Assembly (NCBI GenBank): GCA_032654565.1
Contig: JAULAX010000017.1
Span: forward strand, 708,998-772,997
DNA length: 64,000 nucleotides
Reading direction: 5' to 3'
Source of the DNA: Anaeromyxobacteraceae bacterium
Lineage (GTDB): Bacteria > Myxococcota > Myxococcia > Myxococcales > Anaeromyxobacteraceae
Below are positions 11,357 through 20,418 of this stretch, one piece after another. Each line of letters begins with the position of its first letter. The first letter of the stretch is position 1. The position numbers and the translations under genes were made by a program. The notes under the pieces were generated by a model. It saw nothing but the letters and a program-made list of their open reading frames with translations. It searched no databases and was not told where the DNA came from.

Positions 11357-12426
11357 CGCGTGAGGCTCCAGCGCGGCCGGTAGTGGATGAGCGTGTCGCA
11401 GGCCAGCAGCGAGAGCAGCAGCACCCCCTGGAAGACGCCGGAGAGCGCCGAGGGGAGGCCGACCCGCGACTGGGCCAGCTCGCCGCCGATGAGGAACATG
11501 GAGAGCACGCCGCTGCCGAGGATGCAGCCGAGCGGGTGGAGGCGGCCCACGAAGGCGACGATGATGGCGGTGAAGCCGTAGCCGGAGGAGACGTGCGGGG
11601 TGAGCTGGCCCATGGGGCCGGCCACCTCGAAGGCCCCGGCCACGCCGGCCAGCCCGCCCGAGGTGAGCAGCGTGGTCCAGATGGCGGCGCGCGAGGAGAA
11701 GCCGGCGTAGCGGGCCGCCGCCGGCGCCGGGCCGCCCACCTGCAGCTGGATGCCGGCGAAGGTGCGGAAGAGGAAGATCCACATGGCCAGCGCCGCCAGC
11801 AGCGCCACCGCCGACCCCCAGTGCAGCCGCATGCCGCGGATGACCCGGGGGATCTCGGTCTGGCTGGCGAAGCTGACGGTCTGGGGGAAGTTGAAGCCGG
11901 CCGGGTCCTTCCACGGCCCGAAGACCAGCCAGGAGAGGAAGAGGTTGGCCACGTAGACCAGCATCAGGCTGACCAGGATCTCGTTGGCGTTGAAGCGGTC
12001 TCGCAGCAGCGCCACCACCCCGGCCCAGGCGGCGCCGGCCAGCGCCCCGGCCAGGATCACCAGCGGGAAGAAGAGCCAGCGGCTCATCCCCAGCTCGGCG
12101 GTGGTCACCCAGAGCGCCAGCCCGCCGCCGCCGATGGCCCCCATCAGGAACTGCCCCTCGGCGCCGATGTTCCAGACGTTGGAGCGGTAGCAGAGGGCCA
12201 GCCCGAGGGCGATGAGGATGAGCGGCGTCGACTTGAGCGCCAGCTCGGTCAGGGCCCGGGTGCCGTTGAAGGGCTCGAGGAAGAAGACCTGGAGCGCCTG
12301 GAGCGGCTCCTTGCCCAGCGCCGCGAAGAGCACCGCCCCCACCAGGGCGGTGATGGCCAGGGCGATGACCGGCGAGAGGACGCTGAGCGCGGCCGATGGG
12401 GTGGCGCGGGGCTCGAGGCGGATCAC
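11353..12426 (-). CDS. Nucleoside ABC transporter permease
   Basis: WNIGAEGQF, NEILVSLML, GYGFTAIIVAFVGRLHP; GTG start at 12426. Confidence 0.88.
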   Translation of the reverse strand: MIRLEPRATPSAALSVLSPVIALAITALVGAVLFAALGKEPLQALQVFFLEPFNGTRALTELALKSTPLILIALGLALCYRSNVWNIGAEGQFLMGAIGGGGLALWVTTAELGMSRWLFFPLVILAGALAGAAWAGVVALLRDRFNANEILVSLMLVYVANLFLSWLVFGPWKDPAGFNFPQTVSFASQTEIPRVIRGMRLHWGSAVALLAALAMWIFLFRTFAGIQLQVGGPAPAAARYAGFSSRAAIWTTLLTSGGLAGVAGAFEVAGPMGQLTPHVSSGYGFTAIIVAFVGRLHPLGCILGSGVLSMFLIGGELAQSRVGLPSALSGVFQGVLLLSLLACDTLIHYRPRWSLTR

Positions 12427-13964
12427 GGGAACTCCCCGATCGACGAGCCCGGCCCGTCCTCCGGCCCGCGGGGCCAGAGGCCGCTCATCCACTCGCCGAC
12501 CAGCTCCACGGTGGCGGCGCTGGTGCCGATGGAGGGCGAGAGCCGCCCCCGGGCCATGACGTGGAGCCGATCGGTCATCTCGAACAGCTCCTCCAGCTCC
12601 TCGGAGACCACCAGCAGCGCCGACCCGGCGTCGCGGAGCGCCAGCAGCTCGGCGCGGATCTGCGCGGCGGCGCCGACGTCGACGCCCCAGGTCGGCTGCG
12701 CCACCACCAGCACCCGGGGGACCGCGTCGATCTCGCGGCCGACGATGTACTTCTGCAGGTTGCCGCCGGAGAGGCTCCGGGCCACCGCCCCCGGCCCGCC
12801 CGACTTGACCTTGAAGCGCTCGATGATCGAGGCGGTCTGGTAGCGGAGCGCCTGGCGGTCGATCCAGCCGAGGGCGCGCAGCGACTCGTTGCGCGTCAGC
12901 AGCATGTTGTGGGCCAGGGAGAGCGACGGCACCGCCCCGCGCCCCAGCCGCTCCTCGGGGATGAAGTGGAGCCCCAGCTTGCGCCGGGCCCCGGTCCGCA
13001 GCCCGCCGATGGGCTGGCCGAAGAGCTCGATGGACTCGCCGGTGGCGCGCGGGTCCTCGCCGGAGATGGCCGCCAGCAGCTGCTGCTGGCCGTTGCCGGA
13101 GACCCCGGCGATGCCCACCACCTCCCCCTCGCGCAGCTCCAGCGACACCTGGTGCAGGTCGGTGCCGAAGCGGTCGAGCTTCTCCAGCGAGAGGTCCTTG
13201 ACCCGCAGCGCCACCTGGCCCGGCGTCACCTCGCGGTGGACCAGCCGGGGCGGCTCGGCGCCGATCATCAGCCGCGAGAGGCTGGCGTTGCTCTCCTGGG
13301 TGGGGTCGCACTGGCCGGAGACCCGGCCGCCGCGCAGCACCGTGCACTGGTGGCAGAGGGCCCGGATCTCGTCGAGCTTGTGGCTGATGTAGAGGATGGA
13401 GCAGCCGGTGGCCGCCAGCTGCCGCAGGGTGACGAAGAGCTTCTCCACCGCCTGCGGCGTCAGCACCGAGGTGGGCTCGTCGAGGATGAGCAGCCGCGGC
13501 TCGGCCAGCAGGGCCCGGACGATCTCGACGCGCTGCCGCTCGCCCACCGAGAGGGTGTGCACCGCCCGCTCCGGCTCCAGCTCCAGGCCGTACTCGGCCG
13601 CCTTGGCGCGGATCCCGGCCACCACCTGGTCCAGCGTCAGCTCCCCGCTCATCCCCAGCCAGACGTTCTCGGCCACGGTGAGGGTGTCGAAGAGCGAGAA
13701 GTGCTGGAACACCATGGCGATGCCCAGCGCCCGGGCCTCCTGGGGGCTGCGGATCTGCACCGGCTGGCCGTTCCAGAGGATGCGGCCGGCGTCGGGGCGG
13801 AGGGCGCCGTAGATGATCTTCACCAGCGTCGACTTGCCGGCCCCGTTCTCGCCGAGGATGGAGTGGATCTCCCCCGGCTGCACGGTGAGCGTCACCCCGT
13901 CGTTGGCCACCACCGACGCGAAGCGCCGGGTGATCTGCTCGAGCTGGAGCCTGGGGACGGTCAC
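12423..13964 (-). CDS. ABC transporter ATP-binding protein (tandem NBD, CUT2 type)
   Basis: GENGAGKST, LSVGERQR, LDEPT, LSGGNLQK, QPTWGVD. Confidence 0.92.
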   Translation of the reverse strand: MTVPRLQLEQITRRFASVVANDGVTLTVQPGEIHSILGENGAGKSTLVKIIYGALRPDAGRILWNGQPVQIRSPQEARALGIAMVFQHFSLFDTLTVAENVWLGMSGELTLDQVVAGIRAKAAEYGLELEPERAVHTLSVGERQRVEIVRALLAEPRLLILDEPTSVLTPQAVEKLFVTLRQLAATGCSILYISHKLDEIRALCHQCTVLRGGRVSGQCDPTQESNASLSRLMIGAEPPRLVHREVTPGQVALRVKDLSLEKLDRFGTDLHQVSLELREGEVVGIAGVSGNGQQQLLAAISGEDPRATGESIELFGQPIGGLRTGARRKLGLHFIPEERLGRGAVPSLSLAHNMLLTRNESLRALGWIDRQALRYQTASIIERFKVKSGGPGAVARSLSGGNLQKYIVGREIDAVPRVLVVAQPTWGVDVGAAAQIRAELLALRDAGSALLVVSEELEELFEMTDRLHVMARGRLSPSIGTSAATVELVGEWMSGLWPRGPEDGPGSSIGEFP

Positions 13965-13989
13965 GCGCGGAGGGCGGGGCGGCCCGGGC

Positions 13990-14170
13990 TAGTGCCCCGC
14001 CCCGGGCATGATGACGTGACGAGAGAGCCGAGACCGAAGCGAGGCTGGCGCCCGAGGAGGGAGCAGCGGAAGCGTAGCAGCGCTACGTTGAGCAGCGGAC
14101 CGACGAGGCCGCCTGCCGCAGCGAGAGGATCGGCTTTCGCAGTAGTCATCATGCCTGGGGCGTGGCACTA
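13990..14170. mobile_element. MITE with 24-bp TIRs and TA target-site duplication, inserted in the gpt stop codon
   Basis: GTGCCCCGCCCCGGGCATGATGAC (13992-14015) vs 14145-14168 reverse complement, 22/24 match; TA at 13990-13991 and 14169-14170. Confidence 0.85.
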
Positions 14171-14710
14171 AGTCCCGCCGCGCTGCTGGCGGATGGGCGA
14201 GACGAAGGTGTAGTCGATGTCCCAGGGGAAGTAGATCCACTTCTCCTGCCGGAACTCCTTGACGAAGGTGTCGACCAGCGGCCGCCCGGCCGGCTTGGCG
14301 TAGAGGGTGGCGAAGTGGGCCCTGGGGAGCCGCTCGCGGACGGCGCGCGCGGTGCGGCCGGTGTCGACGAGATCGTCGATGAGCAGCCAGCCGGCCCCGT
14401 CCCCCTCCACGCCCTTCAACCAGCGCAGCTCGCCCTGGGTGGTGTCGGCGGCGCCGGTGCTCCCCGGCTCGTAGCTGACCACGCAGACGGTGTCGATGAG
14501 CCGCAGCTCGAGCTCGCGCGCCACCAGCGCCGCCGGCACCAGCCCGCCGCGGGTGATGGCGATGATCCCCTTCCAGTCGTCCAGGGCGTGGAGCACCCGC
14601 GACAGGTAGCGGGCGTCCCGATGCAGCTCGGGCCAGGAGATGATGATCTCGTCGCGGTACGGGGGGGCCGGGGCGGGGGCGCCGGGGGGAGGCACGGGCT
14701 GGTTCGCCAT
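14168..14710 (-). CDS. gpt: Xanthine-guanine phosphoribosyltransferase
   Basis: SWPELHRDAR, ITRGGLVP, LLIDDLVDTG PRPP motif, YAKPAGRPLVD, WIYFPWD. Confidence 0.9.
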   Translation of the reverse strand: MANQPVPPPGAPAPAPPYRDEIIISWPELHRDARYLSRVLHALDDWKGIIAITRGGLVPAALVARELELRLIDTVCVVSYEPGSTGAADTTQGELRWLKGVEGDGAGWLLIDDLVDTGRTARAVRERLPRAHFATLYAKPAGRPLVDTFVKEFRQEKWIYFPWDIDYTFVSPIRQQRGGT

Positions 14711-14780
14711 GGAGCGGGAAGACTAAGCGTTCCCGGGGCGGGCCGCGACCAGAACTTCCGGGCCGGAGGCCGGGGGCCCG

Positions 14781-14820
14781 AAAAGGGAGCGGCGCCACCG
14801 GGGTTGTCCGGTGACGCCGC
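14781..14820 (-). terminator. Intrinsic terminator after the tandem small genes
   Basis: Hairpin GCGGCG(T/C)CACCGG...CCGGTG(G/A)CGCCGC followed by CCCTTTT on the minus strand. Confidence 0.65.
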
Positions 14821-14844
14821 GGTGTGGCAGGGAGGCCGGGGGCG

Positions 14845-15252
14845 CTAGCCGCGGCGCTTCTCGGCGACCTCCTTCTCCAGCTTCTCGATGGCGGGCGAGA
14901 CCTCCTCGTTCTTCTTCTCCCCCTCGTGGCCGCCCAGGTAGGCGGCGCCGGTGGCGTGCGGCGGGGCCACGGTGGCGGCGAAGGCGCCGGCCCGCTCGCG
15001 GAAGCGGCCGGTGACGCTGATGGCCATGGCCTGGCCGAGCAGGGCGAAGCCGACGAAGGGGAGGAACATCAGGAAGGCCAGGCCGACCACCGGGAGGATG
15101 AGGAACAGCAGCGGGAAGGGGACGCTGACGTAGCGGGTGGTGGAGGCGCCGGGCAGCCGGCCGCCGTCCTCGCTGATCACCTCGACCGCGAGCGTGCTGA
15201 TCGAGAAGTAGTAGCCGCTGTTCACCTTGGTGTTGCCGTCGAAGGTCTTCAT
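14845..15252 (-). CDS. Small membrane hypothetical protein, 135 aa (paralog B)
   Basis: MKTFDGNTKVNSGYY...; RBS AGGAG; clear paralog of 15333-15740. Confidence 0.8.
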   Translation of the reverse strand: MKTFDGNTKVNSGYYFSISTLAVEVISEDGGRLPGASTTRYVSVPFPLLFLILPVVGLAFLMFLPFVGFALLGQAMAISVTGRFRERAGAFAATVAPPHATGAAYLGGHEGEKKNEEVSPAIEKLEKEVAEKRRG

Positions 15253-15332
15253 CGTGTTCTCCTGTTGGGGGTGCTCGAGTGGGTCCTGCTGCGGGAGGCG
15301 CCGGGTGGAGGCCGCGCCGCGGGTGGCTCTGC

Positions 15333-15740
15333 TCAGTTCTTGCGCTTCTCGGCGACTACCTTCTCCAGCTGCTCGACCTCGGGAGAGACCTGCTCGTTCT
15401 TCTTCTCTCCCTCGTGGCCGCCCAGGTAGGCGGCGCCGGTGGCGTGCGGCGGGGCCACGGTGGCCGCCAGGGCGTCGGCGCCCTTGGAGACGTGGCCGGT
15501 GACCCGCTGGATGACGGCGTAGGCGACCATGAAGATGCCGATGAAGGGGAGGAACATCAGGAAGGCCAGCCCGACCACCGGGATGACCGCGAAGAGGAGC
15601 GGGAACGGGACGCTGACGTACCGGGTGGTGACCGCGCCCGGCAGGGTGCCGCCCTCCTCGCCGATGACCTCGACCGCGAACGAGTTGGTCGAGAGGTAGT
15701 AGCCGCTCTTCACCTTGGAGTTGCCGTTGTAGGTCATCAT
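15333..15740 (-). CDS. Small membrane hypothetical protein, 135 aa (paralog A)
   Basis: MMTYNGNSKVKSGYY..., central hydrophobic hairpin, charged C-terminus; RBS AAGGGG. Confidence 0.8.
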   Translation of the reverse strand: MMTYNGNSKVKSGYYLSTNSFAVEVIGEEGGTLPGAVTTRYVSVPFPLLFAVIPVVGLAFLMFLPFIGIFMVAYAVIQRVTGHVSKGADALAATVAPPHATGAAYLGGHEGEKKNEQVSPEVEQLEKVVAEKRKN

Positions 15741-15960
15741 GGTGTTCCCCTTTCGTGAATGGACATTGCCCCTTCCCGGCGTCGCTCACCATTGGGACAG
15801 CGCCCCGGTCGGCCACCTTTGATTCCGGGGATGGGCGTCGGGCGGTCGCCCGAGGCGGCTCGGGCGCTTCACCGACCCCGGGCGGGTCGGATTCGCTTGA
15901 CCGCGGCCCGGCGACCGCGTCCACTGTCCGGCGTCGGGACCCCAACCCCCCGGAGCCCCT

Positions 15961-17580
15961 ATGGAATCCCAGTTCGACTACGACTTCCTGGTCATCGGCT
16001 CCGGCTTCGGCGGGGCGGTCTCGGCGCTCCGGCTCAGCGAGAAGGGGCACCGCGTCGGGGTGCTGGAGATGGGCAAGCGCTGGCGCGGCGAGGACTTCGC
16101 CGCCACCAACTGGAACGTCCGCAAGTACCTCTGGATGCCGAAGCTGGCGCTCTACGGCATCCAGCAGATCACGCTGCTGCGCGACGTGCTCATCTTCCAC
16201 GGCGCCGGCGTCGGCGGCGGCAGCCTGGTCTACGCCAACACCCTGCTGGCCCCGCCGGATCGCGTCTTCGACGACGCCCGCTGGCCGGCCGGCACCGACT
16301 GGAAGGCGGCGCTGGCGCCGCACTACCGCACCGCCCGCTTCATGCTCGGGGTCACCGAGGCGCCCCGGGTCTTCGCCGCCGACGAGCTGCTGCGCCAGGT
16401 GGTGGAGGAGACCACCGGCCGCGGCCACACCTTCGCCAAGTACACCGTGGGTGTCTACTTCGGCCAGCCCGAGCAGCGCGTGCCCGACCCCTTCTTCGGC
16501 GGCGAGGGGCCGGACCGCACCGGCTGCCACCACTGCGGCGAGTGCATGACCGGCTGCCGCCACGGCGCCAAGAACACCCTCGACAGGAACTACCTCTGGC
16601 TGGCCGAGGCCCGCGGCGCCGTCATCCACCCCGAGACCCTGGTGGAGGACCTGAAGCCGCTGCCGGGCGGCGGCTACGCCGTGCGCACCGTCCGCTCCAC
16701 CGACCGGCTCTTCAAGCGGCGCCGCACCTTCACCGCCCGCAACGTGGTGGTGGCGGCCAGCGTGCTCGGCACCGTCAAGCTGCTGCTCGAGTGCCAGCGG
16801 CGCGGCAGCCTTCCCGCCCTCTCGCCGCAGCTCGGCAACTACGTCCGCACCAACAGCGAGGCGCTGCTCGGGGTCAAGGCCGGCGGCACCGAGGTCGACT
16901 ACAGCCAGGGCATCGCCATCACCTCCGGCATCCACCCCGACGACGACACCCACGTCGAGATGGTCCGCTACGGCGCCGGGCAGGACTTCATGTCGCTGCT
17001 CACCACGGTGCTGGTGGGCGGCGGGCCGCCCTGGCCGCGCTGGCTGCGCTGGCTGGGCCACATGGTGCGCCACCCCATCGAGGCCCTCCGCGCCCACTCC
17101 CCCATCGACTGGGCCCGCCGCACCTCGATCCTGCTGGTGATGCAGCCGGTCAACAACTTCATGAAGCTGACCCTGCGCCGCCGTCCCTGGGGCTGGGGGC
17201 TCTCCAGCGAGCTGCGCTCCGGACCCCGCCCGCCCACCTTCATGCCGCTGGCCAACCAGCTGGCGGCGAAGATGGCCGAGAAGATCGGCGGCACGCCCGG
17301 GAGCGTCCTCCCCGAGGTGCTCCTGAACACCTCCACCACCGCTCACATCCTCGGCGGCGCCACCATGGGGCGCACCCCGGAGGAAGGGGTCTGCGACGGC
17401 CAGGGGCGCGTCTTCGGCTACCCCGGGCTCTTCATCGCCGACGGCAGCCTGGTGCCGGCCAACCTGGGGGTGAACCCCTCGCTCACCATCACCGCCCTGG
17501 CCGAGCACGTCATGGCCGGCATCCCGGCCAACCCGGCCGGGGCGGGGCGCCCGGCGCCGCGTCCGCCGGCCGAGGGATGA
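15961..17580 (+). CDS. GMC-family FAD oxidoreductase (cholesterol oxidase-like)
   Basis: IGSGFGG, GAGVGGGSLVYAN, CxxCxxCxxGC, KNTLDRNYL, AHILGG, NLGVNPSLTI. Confidence 0.85.
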   Translation: MESQFDYDFLVIGSGFGGAVSALRLSEKGHRVGVLEMGKRWRGEDFAATNWNVRKYLWMPKLALYGIQQITLLRDVLIFHGAGVGGGSLVYANTLLAPPDRVFDDARWPAGTDWKAALAPHYRTARFMLGVTEAPRVFAADELLRQVVEETTGRGHTFAKYTVGVYFGQPEQRVPDPFFGGEGPDRTGCHHCGECMTGCRHGAKNTLDRNYLWLAEARGAVIHPETLVEDLKPLPGGGYAVRTVRSTDRLFKRRRTFTARNVVVAASVLGTVKLLLECQRRGSLPALSPQLGNYVRTNSEALLGVKAGGTEVDYSQGIAITSGIHPDDDTHVEMVRYGAGQDFMSLLTTVLVGGGPPWPRWLRWLGHMVRHPIEALRAHSPIDWARRTSILLVMQPVNNFMKLTLRRRPWGWGLSSELRSGPRPPTFMPLANQLAAKMAEKIGGTPGSVLPEVLLNTSTTAHILGGATMGRTPEEGVCDGQGRVFGYPGLFIADGSLVPANLGVNPSLTITALAEHVMAGIPANPAGAGRPAPRPPAEG

Positions 17581-17612
17581 CCGCGGCCCGCCGCCGCGCT
17601 ACGGTGGTTCCG

Positions 17613-17999
17613 ATGGCCCGCCTCCACCTCGCCGCGCTGCCGCTGCTCGCCCTCGGCGCCTGCTCCTCGTCGGCGCCCCACAACATGTCGAGCATGGCCG
17701 TCAACACGGCGCTGGCGGCGGCGGTGGCCGGCGCCTCGGTGGCCCACGGCGGCTGCGTGGCCATGTGCACCCAGGGCTGGGTCTGCAACCCGAAGTCCGG
17801 CCTCTGCGAGGCGCCGGTGGAGTTCAAGTGCGTCGGGGGCGACCTCAACAGCGGCCTCTGCTCCAACCGCCCCGACGACCTCTCCGCCTCGCAGCCGGGC
17901 GCGCCCGGCACCGGCACCCTCCCCGCCAACCTCGGCATCTCGCCCGCCACCGGCGGCACGCCGCCCCCGCCCAGCGAGGCCTCGCCCCGCCCTCCCTGA
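17613..17999 (+). CDS. Cys-rich lipoprotein, hypothetical
   Basis: Lipobox LGAC; GGCVAMCTQGWVCNPKSGLCE; Pro-rich tail. Confidence 0.65.
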   Translation: MARLHLAALPLLALGACSSSAPHNMSSMAVNTALAAAVAGASVAHGGCVAMCTQGWVCNPKSGLCEAPVEFKCVGGDLNSGLCSNRPDDLSASQPGAPGTGTLPANLGISPATGGTPPPPSEASPRPP

Positions 18000-18079
18000 G
18001 CCGAGGCGCCGCCCTGGCCCCGCCCGCTCCGCCTCGCCACCCCTCCACCTGACGACCGCCGCACCCCCGAAAGGAACGC

Positions 18080-18802
18080 ATGGGACGCATCTTCGAGACC
18101 CGCAAGGCCACCATGTTCGCCCGCTGGAACAAGATGGCCAAGGCCTTCACCCGCGTCGCCAAGGACATCGCCATCGCGGTGAAGACCGGCGGCCCCGACC
18201 CGCACATGAACGCGGCGCTGCGCCGCGCCATGCAGAACGCCCGCGGCCTCAACATGCCGAAGGACAAGGTCGACGGGGCCATCAAGCGCGCCGCCGGCCA
18301 GGACCAGAAGGCCTACGAGGTGGTGCTCTACGAGGGTTACGCGCCCCACGGCGTGGCGGTGGTGGTGGAGACGGCCACCGACAACCTGGTCCGCACCGTG
18401 GCCAACGTGCGGGTCGGCTTCAAGAACCACGGCGGCAACATGGGGGCGGCCGGCAGCGTCGCCTTCCAGTTCAAGAAGATGGGGGTCTTCCGGCTGGCGC
18501 CCGAGGGGATCGACCAGGACGCGCTGGAGCTGGAGCTGATCGACCACGGCCTGGAGGAGCTGGGCGAGGGGACCGGCGAGAAGGGGGAGAGGCAGCTGGT
18601 GATCCGCGGCGCCTTCGAGAGCTTCGGCCAGCTGCAGGCGGCGCTGGAGGAGCGCAAGCTGCCGGTCATCTCCGCCGAGCTGGAGTTCGTGGCCCAGACG
18701 CCGGTGGAGCTCGGCGAGGAGCAGGCCAAGGAGGTGCTCGAGCTGATCGACGCCCTGGAGCAGGACGAGGACGTGCAGCGGGTCTTCCACAACCTCGCCT
18801 GA
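18080..18802 (+). CDS. yebC: YebC/PmpR family protein
   Basis: [35 protein letters not shown]. Confidence 0.92.
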   Translation: MGRIFETRKATMFARWNKMAKAFTRVAKDIAIAVKTGGPDPHMNAALRRAMQNARGLNMPKDKVDGAIKRAAGQDQKAYEVVLYEGYAPHGVAVVVETATDNLVRTVANVRVGFKNHGGNMGAAGSVAFQFKKMGVFRLAPEGIDQDALELELIDHGLEELGEGTGEKGERQLVIRGAFESFGQLQAALEERKLPVISAELEFVAQTPVELGEEQAKEVLELIDALEQDEDVQRVFHNLA

Positions 18803-18856
18803 CGGCGGCCACCGGCGCGGCGCACGCCGCCAGGCCGGGCCGGGTGCACCGCCCAC

Positions 18857-19387
18857 TCAGCGCGACGCCACCGTCCCCCAGCCCCGGGGCTGGTCGTCGA
18901 GCGGCTCGTCGGCGTCGGCCGGCGCCTCGTCTCGCTCCCCGGTGACCTCGATGAGCGCCTGCAGGTCGGGGTGGCGGCGCAGCACCGCCAGCAGCCGCTG
19001 CTCGCCCCGCTCCCTGAAGAGCCGGGCCGCGCACTGCTCGACCACCTCGCGCAGCGCCTCGCGGTCGACCGGCTTCTGCAGGAAGCGGTGGACCCGGGCC
19101 CGGTTGATGGCCTCGATGGCCACCTCGATGCCGGAGTGGGCGGTCATCAGCACCCGGGCGGTGTCCGGGTAGCGCTCGGCCACCTCCTCGAGGAACTCGA
19201 TGCCGTCCTGGCCCGGCATGATGTAGTCGGAGACCACCACGTCGATCCGCTCCTGCTCGAGCGCCCGCAGCCCCGCCTCCGCCCCCTTGGCGAAGCGCAG
19301 CTGGTGCCCCTGCTCGCGCAGCGCGTGGCCGAGTCCGAAGAGACTGAACTCAGAGTCGTCGACGAGGAGGACGGTGGCGCGTTCCAT
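18857..19387 (-). CDS. Response regulator receiver protein
   Basis: LLVDD, SDYIMP, MTAH, LQKP; alternative start at 19405. Confidence 0.8.
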   Translation of the reverse strand: MERATVLLVDDSEFSLFGLGHALREQGHQLRFAKGAEAGLRALEQERIDVVVSDYIMPGQDGIEFLEEVAERYPDTARVLMTAHSGIEVAIEAINRARVHRFLQKPVDREALREVVEQCAARLFRERGEQRLLAVLRRHPDLQALIEVTGERDEAPADADEPLDDQPRGWGTVASR

Positions 19388-19506
19388 GGCCGCCTGGATG
19401 TGCACCCGACGTGCCTGCCAGGAAGCGTGGAAGACCGGGCCCTTGGCGGGGTCGCCGCGGCCCCTGGGTACCGCTCCGCATGGGTCCCGGCCCGGAAGCC
19501 ATCCCC

Positions 19507-20418
19507 TCAGGGGTGCGGCGCTTCGTACCAGGGGAGCCCGGCGGCGGCGCTGGCCGTCAGCTCGGCGATCACCTGCGCCCCCAGCAGCACGATGATGAAG
19601 GCCCCCTCCAGGAAGAGCAGCACCACCACCACGGTGGCGAAGGAGCCGTAGAGCACGTTCACCATGGAGAGGGTGGCGAAGTAGCTGGAGAGCAGCATCC
19701 CCACCAGCTTCCAGAGGATGGCGGCGCTGAGCCCGCCGATGAAGGCGAGCCGGCGCGGGATGCGCCCCACCGGGAGCACCACGTAGACGCCGGCGAAGAG
19801 GAAGACCAGCCCGGCGAAGCCGAGCGCGCGCAGCGCCAGCCGGGCCCAGGTGCCGGCCGGGATGGCCCGCCCGAACAGCGTCACCGTCGAGCCGCCGACC
19901 AGGTCGGTCACCGAGGAGAGGACGGTCAGCGCCAGGATGGCCAGCATCAGCACCGCCATGATCAGGTAGGGGAGCAGCGCCGAGTGCAGCGCGTGGCGGC
20001 GCGCCGTCCGGCCCGAGGCGTGGAAGATGGTGGCCACCGCGTCCTCCAGCATCCGGAAGGCGAGGGAGCTGAAGATCACCAGCGCCACGACCGAGATCGC
20101 CGAGCTGGTGGTCTGGTGGGCCAGGAAGGCCTGGGCCGCGTCGATGACCGCCTCGGCCCGCTGCGGCAGCAGGAAGGCCAGCTCGCGCCGCAGGGCGTCG
20201 AGGATGAGGGCCTGGTCGACGAAGCTGGAGAGGACGGCCAGCGTCAGGATCAGGAAGGGGACCAGGGAGAGGAGCGCGTTGTAGCCGACGCCGCCGGCCA
20301 GCAGGATCCCCTTGTTGCGGAGGAAGGCGGCCACCACCCGCCGGCCGAAGCGCAGCACCCGCAGCGCCAGCCGCAGCGGATCGAACTGGTCCTCGCTCGC
20401 CACCGGATCGCCGCTCAC
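19507..20418 (-). CDS. YihY/virulence factor BrkB family membrane protein
   Basis: YNALLSLVP, YGSFAT, LLGAQ; multiple TM segments; GTG overlapping the serA-like stop. Confidence 0.82.
   Translation of the reverse strand: MSGDPVASEDQFDPLRLALRVLRFGRRVVAAFLRNKGILLAGGVGYNALLSLVPFLILTLAVLSSFVDQALILDALRRELAFLLPQRAEAVIDAAQAFLAHQTTSSAISVVALVIFSSLAFRMLEDAVATIFHASGRTARRHALHSALLPYLIMAVLMLAILALTVLSSVTDLVGGSTVTLFGRAIPAGTWARLALRALGFAGLVFLFAGVYVVLPVGRIPRRLAFIGGLSAAILWKLVGMLLSSYFATLSMVNVLYGSFATVVVVLLFLEGAFIIVLLGAQVIAELTASAAAGLPWYEAPHP

Noticed and set aside
13965..14167. Purine riboswitch upstream of the ABC operon
   Set aside because: No purine aptamer core recognised; TIRs and TA duplication explain the region as a MITE
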